From positions 160,086,001 to 160,150,000 of the forward strand of contig NC_086097.1 of NCBI RefSeq assembly GCF_963921235.1: a DNA stretch of 64,000 bases, read 5' to 3'. Each line of letters begins with the position of its first letter. The stretch's first letter is position 1. Shown one piece after another: positions 23,946-36,276 of this stretch. The notes below the pieces were generated by a model. It was not told the DNA's origin and made no database searches. It saw only the letters and a list, made by a program, of their open reading frames with translations. This DNA is from Mobula hypostoma. Its lineage: Eukaryota. The position numbers were made by a program, and so were the translations under genes.

Positions 23946-26383
23946 ATGGCCATTTGCAATATGACTCTGAGCTATGGTCTCTGTCAAGGTCGCAGCTCAG
24001 ATTTAGTTTTTTTTAAGGTTTGTAGGGATGATTTGGGGGACAGAGAGAGGAGTTAGGGGTCAGGTTAGGCTTTAAGGACAGGAATGTGAGGGGATTAGAG
24101 AACAGGCTGGAGGCTAAGCCTCTGCCAATAATGGATGTTTGGCTGGCACAACATCAAGGAGAAGGGCTGGTACCTGCCCCCAGTCCCAGGGCAGCGAGTC
24201 GTTGCAGGTTCTGGGATTGGAGTTTCATATGGGCAGGTGGTATGAGCAAAGGTGAGACCATGGTAAGCAAATCGGGGAGCCTAGAGTATGAGGCCTAGTA
24301 TTCAGGTGTCGTCAGCGAGTTTGAAGCTCAAGGCCTGGAGTCTGAGTCTGTATCCAGGGTCCTCATTGATCATCATCAAAGCCCAAAGGTCAATCAAAGG
24401 TTAGAAGTCATAGGCCAATGGCTGTGAATCTCTGCAAGTCCACTGGGAAAATTAAAGGCCCATTGTCTGTGAATCCATGAGTGCACTGGAAGATGAAGGC
24501 CAAAGGTGGTGTATCCTGGGGTTGGAGAACTAGGGATGCATGTGGTTGGGTGGGAGGGAGGAACAGAGCCTGTTTTGCTGTTGCTGCTTTGTCGCTTTGA
24601 TTTGTCTCATTGTGGTCTGTGTCGTTCTGTCAAGTGTAGTTAGCATGCTATGTTGGTGCTGGAAGGTATGTTTCAATGTACAATCAGCTCAAAAGTAACT
24701 AGTCAGCTCAATGATCCCCGCTGGGCTCACTGAAATTTCTAAACCATTCATCCCTTTCCTGTGCCCTTCCCCATAATCCTGTAAAATCTTCCAATTAAAA
24801 CCAACCAATTCCATTTTGAAAGTTATTATGGAATCTGCTTCCACCACCTTTTTAGGTTAATAACACTCACTGAATAAAATAAAAATGTTTCATCTCCCTT
24901 CACTAATTATCATAAATCTGTTTTCTAAAGTCATTTTTTGTCAGTGGTAAAGGACTCTATCAGAACATTTCAGAATTTTGAACATTGCTATTAGGTTTTC
25001 ACATCGTTTACAGAAATGTTTCCACATTGAATCCCGCTGGTGAAATAAAAAGGGGGGCATCCAGCCCATTGCATTATTTAGAAGTTTAAGTTTGGGTAAG
25101 TATTATGCAGCAAAATTGTGACAGATTGCTCATATCTATCCCCAAAAGACCCTTAATGGTTCCACAAATTAAAGAGCTGGATTCCAGTTTAAATGCATCC
25201 CCACATTACAAGTGTAATTAAAGCATGGATTGGCCTACACATTCTTATGATCCCGAGAGCATAAATTTGCATGCTTTCACATTTCAGGGATGTCAGTAAC
25301 ATTGTGAGGGAACGAGAAATGAAGTTTAAAGGACAAAATGGTGCAGATTGCAAATGCTCCTCCAGAAAAATGTAATTTGTAACATTATAACTAACTCATT
25401 AAAGTCTGCTGTGAGATTCTCAGTTCTCCAAACTGCAGTGGAATTTCTTCCTTAATAACAGCACAAAACACCATGGAATATGCTCCACTTTTAAAATTGG
25501 TTAAGAAAGTTTTTTGAATATTAGTCGTGATAAATCATTTTTGTCTGCATTTCAGCCATTATCTTTGTGTATCATCAAACGGTTAAGAATAATTTAAAAG
25601 TATTAAGCAATGAATTAAGACATACAACATGAGGGACCTCATTAGAAGCTAGAGCTGCAGAACAGAGTTGTCAGAATTAGCAATCTATCCCTAAAAGATT
25701 GGCAGTAAAGTCAGAAAATATATTCAAGGGGCAACATAAAGGGATTTCAACATATACTAGGCTGAGTTTAACTAGTGCAACAGTGTCCCTTCTGTCAATA
25801 TCTGCACTGTACGAGCTTATTTTCTTCTTGGCATTTGAGATATAATGATATAACCATGATTTTTGCTCTAAAATTTGACAGTAATTACAGCATTGGCCTA
25901 TTTACTGTCAGTTTGCGTTTTTTATCATGCACTAAACACCAGCGGTAATTCTGGCTGCCAGTCTAATTGACTGCCCCTTGAGACCCCATTGAGAGGACGT
26001 TAAGGCAATAAATATGTCACCCACATAAAATTTAATGATTAATTTCAGTTAGGATTCCTGGTGGCTTTCAGAGCTAACGTAAAACAGCTTAAATTATGCC
26101 AAAGACCATTCTGAATGTGGGAAGAGGTGAAAGTTCCACTCAAGCCAGATGTACTGAGCCAACTCCTCCAGAGTTTTACGTTTCCCTGAGATTCCTTTTT
26201 ACATCCGAAATGGTAATGATGGCATGAGCTGCTTCTCCAGCTCACTTTCCTCCTGTAAGATACCTTCTTAAACCTTCCTCTTGAACATGCTTTTGGATCT
26301 CTTTCCTCATATTTTTATTTGTCCACCTGCACTGTAGTTTCCCTATAACTGTAACATTATATTCTGCATTATGTTTATTCTTT

Positions 26384-26653
26384 GTGTTGGCATTTGGCCA
26401 AGTGGTTAAGGCGTTCGTCTAGTGATTCGAAGGTCGCAGTTCGAGCCTTGGCTGAGGTAGCGTGTGTGTCCTTGAGCAAGTCACTTAACCACACATTGCT
26501 TTGCAACAATATTGGTGCCAAGCCATGGAGAGGGGAGTCTTGCAGCATGGGCAACTGCTGGTCTTCCAGACAACCTTGCCCAGGCCTGTGCCCTGGAAAC
26601 CTTCCAAGGCACAAATCCATGGTCTCATGAGACTAACGGAAGCCTATAAAAAA
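26384..26653 (+). mobile_element. tRNA-derived SINE with CORE-like segment and 13-bp TSD
   Basis: A box tggccaagtgg 26395-26405; B box gttcgagcc 26439-26447; gtgtccttgagcaagtcacttaacc; A-rich end; TSD atgtttattcttt at 26371-26383 and 26654-26666. Confidence 0.85.
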
Positions 26654-27037
26654 ATGTTTATTCTTTAAAACCGCAGTGTAATTATATATGGTGTGATATG
26701 TCAGAGTGGCACATGACACATAAGCTTTATCTTGGTACGTATGACCATAATGGATGGGAGAGTTATAGAGTGCTATGCTGTAGGTGTGGTTTGATGGACT
26801 AGGCAGAACAACCATTCTGCACAGACTAGATAGGCCAAAGGGCTTGTTTCTGTGCTAATGTGCTCTATGACCCTACCATAAACCGACTTCCGGTAGCGCT
26901 CATGGAGTGAAGTCGCGTTCTTGACTCGCTCCATTACCTCTGAGTTTTTTTTCTCTATGGTCAGCTATACTTTAATTAACCATTAAGGCATCAACTCTTA
27001 CAATACTTTGAATTAAACTGAATTCTCTGACAACTGG

Positions 27038-27937
27038 ATGGAACTTAGATCTGCTATGTCTAAGAACGGGAAAAACGGCAAGGATGGTAAACCTTCGGTT
27101 AAACTGAAAGGTATGGATCTCCCTCCGACTGAATCACCGGTGACTTTGAAAGCGATATCGGAGTTAATTCAGAGGGAAATTTCAACCTCTGTTAGGGAGA
27201 TGATTCGTACGGAAATTGCAGACTCTGTTAAAGACCTGATTCATACGGAAATCTCAATTAATCTCCAGAAAATTGCCGATTCAATTGATAAGATGCAAAC
27301 ATTTATTGCGGAACATCAGTCGGCTATATCTGATCTTCAAAAATTCGCGCAACAAAGTGAGCTTAAGATGGGGAAAATCGAAGAAACAATTAATGTAATG
27401 AAGAAGAAACGTGACTTTCTGACTTTTAAAAACTCAGACTTGGAATCTAGAATGCGACGGCAGAATTTACGAATGATTGGGGTGCGTGAAGCTGTGGAAT
27501 CTAACAACCCCATGAAGTATTTTTCTCAACTTTTAAAAGATGCATTCCCTACTGTATTTCCTGACCAACCACCGCTACTGGATCGTGTTCACAGAATCCC
27601 ATCATACTCGTCTAGGTCAGATAGACCTAGGCATGTTATCTTACGTTTTCATTACTTTCAAGACAAGGAGAGACTGTTTCGATTCGCTCGATCTAAAGGT
27701 TTCATTGATTTTTCGGATCTTAGGTTCCGATTCGTGGAAGATTTCAGTAAACCAATCTGGGACCAACGGGTTCGCTACAGATCTGTGATGTCGGAATTCT
27801 ATAAGATGGATTTAAGACCAGCGTTGCTGTACCCTGCAGGTCTAAGGATTCGCATGTCAGATGGAGTCCTTCGTTTTTTTGATTCTCCATCGGATGCCCA
27901 GAGTTATCTGGATCAACTTTCACCTTCAACATCTTAA
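27038..27937 (+). CDS. L1 ORF1p (coiled coil, RRM, CTD), 299 aa, intact
   Basis: DLESRMRRQNLRMIGV, LDRVHRIP, PRHVILRFHYFQDKE, FVEDFS and LLYPA motifs of L1 ORF1 (Transposase_22-type). Confidence 0.93.
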   Translation: MELRSAMSKNGKNGKDGKPSVKLKGMDLPPTESPVTLKAISELIQREISTSVREMIRTEIADSVKDLIHTEISINLQKIADSIDKMQTFIAEHQSAISDLQKFAQQSELKMGKIEETINVMKKKRDFLTFKNSDLESRMRRQNLRMIGVREAVESNNPMKYFSQLLKDAFPTVFPDQPPLLDRVHRIPSYSSRSDRPRHVILRFHYFQDKERLFRFARSKGFIDFSDLRFRFVEDFSKPIWDQRVRYRSVMSEFYKMDLRPALLYPAGLRIRMSDGVLRFFDSPSDAQSYLDQLSPSTS

Positions 27938-28654
27938 TTGCTATTTTTTTTAATTATCTCCGTTGATCAGAGGCTGTGAATTGGTTGGTTTTAACTTTTT
28001 CGTGCCCTATTTGGGCAGAAAAGTTTATTTTTGATTTCTTAATATGGTTGCTAAACTTTCTTTTCAACTGCGTCATTTCTTTCTTTTCCCAGGGGATTCT
28101 GGGTGGTTACTTCCTTTTTGTCATCTTACGTATTTCCTGTGTGGCCTTAAATTTTGTAGTTTTTTTAAATTTTATTCTGTTTTGCTTTTTATAACCACTT
28201 TATGTCAATAATCTTATTTTTTCTTGTTGTTGTGTTTATTCATGGGTTTGGGGTTTATTGTGGTTTTTTTTAATATATATTTTCTGGCTTTTGTTCTGTT
28301 GTGTGTGTATTTTAATTGAGTTACCTTTTTTTTATTTTTTTACTGTTTTACAATTAGCTGATCTTTTTCATATTTATACCTTTTTTTTAGGGAGCGTATA
28401 CCGGAAGTCATGGGGGTAGTTTTAGCGCTTGCTTCTTTCGGGCGGGTCTGCTTTAGATTTTGCCTTGGGGTCTTGGGGTGGGGGGTGGTGGGAGGGGCTT
28501 CACGTTTTAGTTTTTTTCTCTTTGGGCTATATACATTATTGAAGTACTGGTTGCGTCCTTTTTCCCGGTATCTTTCGTATGTTCTGTTTCCTCTCCGGGT
28601 TCGTGGGTCGAGCCTATCGTCAATCCTCCTTGTTGTGGGTTGACTTTAGGATTT

Positions 28655-31600
28655 ATGGAGTCTATTATTAATTTTGTCTCCTGGAATACTAACGGTCTTA
28701 ATCATCCTATTAAAAGGAAAAAAGTTTTTAAAGTGTTCCGGAGACTTAAAGCACAAATTTTATTTTTACAAGAGACCCATGTACGGAGGGGGGACAGACT
28801 ACGTTTTTTTAAATTCTGGAAGGAACAACAATTTCATTCGAACTCCAATGCTAAGATTCGAGGCGTCTCTATTTTTATAGATTCCTCAGTTACTTTTATA
28901 CAACAGGATATTATTTCTGATCCGAATGGTAGATTTTTATTGGTTAGTGGTTTACTATTTAATAAAAAAGTAGTTTTGGTTAATGTTTATGCTCCTAATA
29001 TGGATTGTCCGGAATTTTATAAATCATTGTTTAATCAGTTTCCGAATTTGAACGAGTTTTCATTGATCTGGGGCGGAGATCTTAATACCTGTTTGTCTCC
29101 AGCTTTGGACCGTTCGGCTCCTTTACGGACCTTACCTAATAAATCTGCAAATTTGATTAATTTTTTCCTTTCTGATTCTGGGGCGACGGACATTTGGCGT
29201 TTTCTGCATCCTCAGGAAAAAGATTTTTCCTTCTTTTCACATGTTCATCATTCCTATTCAAGAATTGATTATTTTTTTATTGATTCTCGTCTTATTCCTT
29301 CAGTGATTAAATGTGATTATGATTCTATAACCATTTCGGATCATGCTCCACTTAAGCTTTCTATTAAAATTATGGCCAATATACCAAATAATAGACAATG
29401 GCGTTTTAATTCGCTGTTGCTTCAGGACTCAGACTTTGTTAACTTTATGAATGAACAGATTGAGCTTTTTTTTACAATTAACCATACAGAGGATATTTCG
29501 GTTAACACTCTTTGGGACACTTTTAAAGCCTATATTCGGGGTCAGATTATTTCGTATTCTGCTGCTTTGAGGAAGAAACAGAAGCAGGAGGAGATGGCAA
29601 TTGTGGACAAGATTAAAGAAATTGATAAGAAATATGTTATGGCTCCTTCTGAGGAGTTATACAAACAAAGAACTGAACTTCAAATGGAACACAGTTTACT
29701 ACTCTCGTCCTCGATTGTAAAGCAATTAAAGAAAACAAGAAGTGACTTTTATGTTCACAGTGACAAAATTGGCAAGCTGCTGGCTAATCAATTGAAATCT
29801 AATTATGTTAAATCTCAAATCAATCAGATTTATAACCAAAATGATCGATTGATACTGGATCATGTGGGGATTAATCAAACCTTTTGTGATTTTTATTCTT
29901 CTTTATATCAATCAGAGTCTCCTCGAGATTCTAAATATATGAATGATTTTTTAGATAAGTTAGACTTCCCTCAGATTTCACAGGATATGTCTTCTTTATT
30001 AGATACTTCCATTACAATGGATGAGATTAAGAATGTTATTTTTTCTATGAATCTGGGGAAAGCTCCTGGCCCGGATGGGTTTACCGTTGAATTTTATAAA
30101 TGTTTTGCTTCTTTATTGATCCCTTGGCTCTGTAGGGTTTTTGAGGCTTCTTTGAAACTTGGTAAACTTCCTGAATCTTTTAATAGAGCATCAATTTCTC
30201 TAATACTAAAGAAGGATAAAGACCCTGCTCAATGTGCATCTTATAGACCAATATCTTTATTAAATGTTGATTCTAAAGTTTTTTCTAAGTTATTAGCAAA
30301 TAGACTAGAAAAAGTACTTCCTTCTATTATTTCGGAAGACCAAACGGGTTTTATTAAAGGTCGTTACTCTTTTTATAATATTCGTACATTGTTAAATATC
30401 GTTTATACTCCCTCACAAAATGTTCCTGAGTGTGTTATTTCTTTAGATGCCGAGAAAGCTTTTGATAGAGTAGAATGGCCTTATTTATTTAAGGTGCTTG
30501 AAATGTTTAATTTTAGCTTGAAATTTATATCCTGGATTAAACTGTTATATCATTCCCCTGTAGCCTCGGTTCGTACTAACTCTTTAAACTCACCTTTTTT
30601 TCCTCTCTTTCGAGGTACTCGACAAGGCTGTCCTCTTAGTCCCCTATTATTTGATATTGCATTAGAACCTCTTGCAATTGCTATTCGAGAATCTTCAAAT
30701 ATTACTGGGATAACTCGGGGATTAAAGTCCCATAAATTATCACTCTATGCTGATGATTTACTTTTATATATCTCTAATCCTGAGAAATCCATTCCTGCTG
30801 TTTTAGAGTTATTAGCACAATTTGGTTTTTTTTCAGGTTATAAATTAAATCTTAGTAAGAGTGAACTTTTTCCGATTAATAAACATCTTCCCTTATATTA
30901 TAAATTTCCATTTAAATTGATTAATAATTATTTTTCATATCTTGGGATTAAAATTACTTGTAAATACAAAGATTTATTTAAGACTAACTTTTTACCATTA
31001 ATAGACCATATTACTCAACTTTCATCTAAATGGTTTCCCTTATATTTAACTTTGATTGGTCGTATTAATGCAGTTAAGATGTTTTTTTTGCCAAAATTTT
31101 TATATGTGTTTCAGGCATTACCAATTTTCGTTCCAAAATCTTTCTTTGATAAAGTTGATTCTAAAATTTCTTCATTTATTTGGCAGAATAAGAATCCGAG
31201 ACTGGGTAAAATACATTTACAGAAAGCTAAGAGAGATGGAGGTTTAGCATTACCTAACTTTAGATTCTATTATTGGGCTATTAATATTCGACATATGAAA
31301 TTTTGGTTACTTGATCAGGACATACTATCTATTCCTAAATGGGTAGCATTGGAACTACAATCTGTTCAGGGTTATACACTTGGCTCTATTTTAGGCTCCT
31401 CTCTCCCTTTTGATTCGAAACGCCTTAAGCAGGTCTCTAACCCGATAGTTAAATATGCTTTGCGCATTTGGTTTCAATTCAGAAAATTTTTTGATCTTAA
31501 TCAATTCGGGTTAGCGATTCCTATTTTAGGTAACATATTTTTTCCTCCCTCTTTTACGGATCGCGCTTTTCAAACTTGGAAGACTAAGGGTATTTTACGG

Positions 31601-32430
31601 TTTTTGGATTTATTTTTAGATGGTTCCCTTATGTCTTTTGAACAATTATCTAATAAATATAACTTATCAAGAATACATTTTTTTAGATATTTACAAGTTA
31701 GAAATTTCCTAAGTACTATACTTTCTTCCTTTCCAATGCTTCCTCCTACATATATTTTAGATTCGATAATTAACCTCAATCCATGTCAGAAAGGTGCATC
31801 GGCTATGATTTATAATATTATTATGAAACTTAGGAAAGCTCCATTTGATAAGATTAGGGTAGATTGGGAACAGGAGTTGGGGCTTACCATTTCTGTGATG
31901 ATTGGGGGCAGATTTTACAATTAGTTAATACTTCCTCTATTTGTGCTAAACATTCCCTAATTCAATTTAAAGTGGTTCATAGAGCACATATGTCCAAAGA
32001 TAAGTTAGTGCGTTTTTACTCGCATATTAATCCTTTCTGTGATAGATGTTCGGGGCAGAGAGCCTCTTTAACTCATATGTTTTGGTCTTGCCCTACTTTG
32101 GAAACTTTTTGGAGAGATATTTTTAATATTATTTCTAAGGTATTAAATATAGATATCTCTCCTCACCCTATTACTGCTATCTTTGGACTACCTAAAATTT
32201 CTAGTAATCTTTCCCCTTCAGCCTGTAGAATGATTGCATTTCTTACTTTAATGGTGAAAAGATGTATTTTACAACATTGGAAAGAGCTTAATGCTACAAC
32301 TACCTTTTTTTGGTTTTCTCAGACGATTTTATGTTTGAATTTGGAGAAAATTAGAAGTAACCTTTATGATTCTTCATTTAAATTTGAACAGATTTGGGGA
32401 CCTTTTATTCGATATTTTCATTTAATGTAA
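28655..32430 (+). CDS. L1 ORF2p (APE endonuclease, RT, Cys-rich C-terminus) with one frameshift near 31895
   Basis: SWNTNGL, LQETH, GGDLN, SRIDY, SDH (EN); KAPGPDG, YRPISLLN, SLDAEKAFDRV, RQGCPLSP, LYADD (RT); CDRC...HMFWSC continues in the 31864-32430 frame. Confidence 0.95.
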
Positions 32431-33244
32431 TATTTACCCTTCTTGTTTTTTTTTCACTGTTTTTAATGGAGGTCGGGATTGAGGACGTGATTTTAAGTTT
32501 AACTCTGTTTGGTTTCAAGTTAGCCCATTGCTTTGCTTTGCTTTTAGTTAGTTGCACGGTGGGTTTTTTTTGGGGGTTTTTTTTTCTTTTTTTTCCATTG
32601 ATATATATAAAATTTAGTATACTATTATGTTATCTTGGTTTCTTATGTTTAAATTACATTGTTTGTAGTATTTTTTTTGGTATTGATACCTTTTGGAATT
32701 TTATTATACTTTAACATTGTATTAATGTTTATATGGCTTACCTTTTTTGTATACTTATTCAATAAAAAGATTTAAAAAGAAAGAAAGAAAGACCCTACCA
32801 TAAACCAACATCTAATATTCAATATCTCCTAGACATTATTGTTGATATTGATCCTGTGATGAATCAAGGAACATTTTATGTTTAAGGTGCTACATAAATG
32901 CAAATTATTATTATTGCATTAGCCAGTTATTTGCTATCTATTCCCACTATTGCACCTGTCCACCTAGCCAGTAGCAATTGGTTTCAATAAAATGAAAAAG
33001 TGTCCCTTACTGTGAAGTTCGTCAAACACTGTTGAATCTGTCACCTTCAGAAAAACATTTTTCAATTTATTAAGAGATATTAAAGCTGCACACTCAGCAG
33101 TTCCTCATCAGTTTTTATCTTTCATATTATATTATGACATAGAAGGATTCCATTAAACCCATCAGATCTACATAGATCCTCTCAGTTCAATTTCCAATTT
33201 AGTCCTGACTCTACAGATGCCAATTAATAGGCCCTTAATCCTCA

Positions 33245-33430
33245 GCCCACCCCTTATCCTAACCATCAGTACACTTTGGCATCTGAGTTTGAAGTGGAGT
33301 ACTATGGAGGAAACCCATGTGGTCACGGAGTAAACCTGCAAACTCCCCACAATTAGCACAGGAGGTCAGAAACATACCTAGTTTGCTGGAACTCAGAGGC
33401 AGCTTAATACCACCATGTTGCCCACCTGAA
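33245..33430 (-). mobile_element. V-SINE/HE1-like fragment
   Basis: ggaggaaacccatgtggtcacggagtaaacctgcaaactcc is the reverse complement of a V-domain-like segment. Confidence 0.55.
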
Positions 33431-34127
33431 GCAGCCCTAGTCATTTCAGGTCCTCTATGTAGTATTACACCCATTATTGATGGAACAAATACATTTGACC
33501 CACCCAACAATACTTAATGAGATAAGAGTGTTTCAAGGCATCAGTTTAGTTTCATGCTGTTGAATTAATCAACTGCATTGTACCACCAGTGAGAGATCAT
33601 GGATACTCTGGGACATGACCTGGAGTTAAAATTTAAATTAAATTTAATGCAATCGGACAGACTAAGAAGAGATTAATCATAATTATCACAGTAACCAATA
33701 TGAAGATTAATTTAAACATAAAAACATCAATGTCGGGAAATGTAAAGGAAACTATACACAAATGCAGAGCCATGGAGATGATTTAGTAGTGAGTGATCAC
33801 TTTAATAATAAACTGCAAAATAACAAACCACAATGGACCACAAAACAAGTGAGAACAGATACTAAACATGACAAGACAACAAGGTAACTGAAGGCTAGGA
33901 GCAACTTGTTGAGGCTGGCTAGTTTGACGAGTGAACAAAGATTGTCTGTCTGTCTGTATCTTGTTTTACGGTGGTTGGAACAAAGATTGTACATGAGAAC
34001 TGGGTTTAAATAGGCTACAGGTGATGAGTTGGAATAGGCTGCAGGTGATGAGGCAGCTGGCTCCTGTTAGCTAGGTGGAGCCTGAAAGTGCCTGCCTATA
34101 CAAGCCTAACACATCAGAGACTTTGAT

Positions 34128-34328
34128 AAACACGCAGAATATGCCAAAGGAATTCTGCAAATCAGGCATCGTCTATAGTGAGGAATAAACTGTCAACGTT
34201 TCAGGCTGAGACCCTCCCGACTCATCAACTGTTACTCCTCTCTATACATGATGTTCAACTTGCTGAGTTCCTCCAGCATTTTATGTCGACTGCTCAATAT
34301 TTCCAGAAGCTGCAAAATCACTTGCTTT
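34128..34328. mobile_element. Decayed palindromic PLE-derived mini-element
   Basis: Same two-arm layout as 6009-6192; hammerhead remnant gtcaacgtttcaggctgagaccct. Confidence 0.65.
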
Positions 34329-35705
34329 TTAGTGATGTTGGTAAGATGAAAGAAAGGCAAGAGTTGCAACTAGACATAAGAAGAAACTGAAAAATTAATG
34401 AAAGTCTGAAAGCAAATGTTAGGGAGCAATGAAAGCTGTTAAAATATCTATGCAAAAATAAAACACATTTTTGAGGGACTTTTATGAATGCAAATATTGT
34501 AAAGGATGAAAACTGTCTATGTATGCAGTTTACAGTATCTTCAGAAAATCCAGGGCTGAAGGCGTAGAAAGAAATCAATAGATATTTTAAGCAACATTCA
34601 GGATCTATTTTGTGATCAGAGCCTCATGTATGAGAAGCATATTTCAATTCTCACAAGGAACACTCCCCTGTTACCAGCATTTGTAGGCTCCAAACTTTCT
34701 GCTCCACAAGAAGCCCAAACATCAAAGCACTACTGAGTTGCAGGGATAATATTCAAATACCTCTGAATCAAACCCTGTAGTGTGCTATTTGCAACATGTT
34801 GGTACAAAATACCTCTTAAAAGTCATTAATCTGGTCAATAGGTTAACAAGGTAACAAAAGCAAAATGCTACAGATACTTCACCTCCATTATAATCACAGA
34901 AAACACTGGAACTATTCAGTGAGTCAGACAATATACAGTATGCAGAGAAAGACAGGGTTAACACCCTGTTGGAATAAAGCTTTGGAATTTTGTGCAAATA
35001 TATCAGGTGATGCTTTGCAAATAGCATACATGAGTGATTTTAATCCCCTGAAGATAGTGGCTGCTAATTAATAGTCAGAACAGGAATGAGAAATGAATCA
35101 TGAAATTGTGGGATACATTTACGTTACAGCTATGCCATTGGTGTGAAGTGGTTCCATTTTGCACCTTTGCTAAGAAGTTGCAGTGCAAAATCTATCTTAG
35201 AATAATTCAATCTTAGAATATAGTCAAATATATTAGTAGAGCTACTAGGACTTGATGTTTCAGTCCCTATGGTAAGTTGGCACTCTCGATGTTGGCATGT
35301 TGGTCTTGGTCTTGAGGCTTGAGCTAGGAGACAGGCTTGGGATCTTGGTCTTGAGGCTTGAGGATGGAGGCTTGGAGGCTTGGAGGCAGGCTTGGTGTCT
35401 TGGTCTTGGGGCTTGAGGCCTGCAGGCTGGGGTCTTGGCGGAGGCTTGGGTATCGACTCAGAGCCAGAGACTGGGGAAGGACCCAGAACCTGGGACTTGA
35501 CTTGGGCTTGGACTCCGGAACTAAGTGAGGACAAGATGAGGCTATAGGACTGGACATGGCTTGGGTGAGGAACTCCTGGGTAGGACGAGACACAAAGACA
35601 AGTAAAGGCACATGGACAGGACTCGGAAAGGACTGGAATAGGCACCGACTGGACGCACGGAGCATGGAGCACGGAGCCTTGGACTAGAAGAGACAGGAGC
35701 ATAGA

Positions 35706-35822
35706 ACACAGAGCCAGGACCCCTCCTTGGGAACAGGACATAGGGCCGGGACTCACACACATAACACAGAGCCAGGACCCCTCCTTGGAAACAGGACATA
35801 GGGCCAGGACTCACACAATAAC
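35706..35822. repeat. Tandem duplication of about 58 bp inside the LTR
   Basis: acacagagccaggacccctccttgg(g/a)aacaggacatagggcc(g/a)ggactcacaca occurs twice. Confidence 0.9.
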
Positions 35823-36026
35823 ACTGAATGTGAAGAGACAAATCCCAACACAATGTGGCGGCAAACAGCCAGACCCACATAGCAAAGGCATGGACACAGA
35901 GAGACAATTCCACACAAAAGACAGTTCCTTATCTTGACCTAACAAGGCTCTGGTCTTGCTCTGGTGGTAAAACTTCAGTGGTACTGGCAGGGTATACAGG
36001 CTAGGTGAGCAGGCAGAGAGTCAGAT

Positions 36027-36107
36027 GAGGGGGAAGAGGGGGAAGAGGGGGAAGAGGGGGAAGAGGGGGAAGAGGGGGAAGAGGGGGAAGAGGGGGAAGA
36101 GGGGGAA
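36027..36107 (+). repeat. Perfect (GAGGGGGAA)9 tandem repeat
   Basis: Read directly from the sequence; gives RGK x9 in the ORF track. Confidence 0.95.
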
Positions 36108-36276
36108 GAACAGTCCAGCAGGGAATCCCTGGTTTGCAGAGGTATTTATGTCTCAGCCCCATAATGAGAAACATGTGCCCACAACAGAAACTGGGGAAAA
36201 CCAGAAATCCCGGAACAAGGAACCATGGACCAGACCGTGAACCAGAACATGGACTTCATGGACCGGACTATGACAT

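Larger units (their letters stand above)
26885..32790 (+). mobile_element. Full-length L1-clade LINE
   Basis: Perfect TSD gaccctaccataaacc at 26869-26884 and 32791-32806; ORF1 and ORF2; AATAAA at 32761 followed by a (GAAA)n tail. Confidence 0.97.
35295..36275 (-). mobile_element. Truncated LTR related to 54654-55916
   Basis: Shared end gaccgtgaacc...gaccggac(t/c)atgaca, shared aggtatttatg...cagcccc and ggcttgaggc repeats. Confidence 0.75.

Noticed and set aside
25870..25915. Pre-miRNA hairpin
   Set aside because: The stem is too short; kept only as a possible regulatory motif pair
26390..26460. tRNA gene
   Set aside because: No full cloverleaf; it continues into a SINE body with an A-rich end and TSD
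33690..34110. Possible decayed solo LTR
   Set aside because: LTR-like composition, but termini and TSD could not be defined
35130..35913. Pro/Ser-rich ORFs (also 55353-55808)
   Set aside because: They arise from tandem repeats inside LTRs
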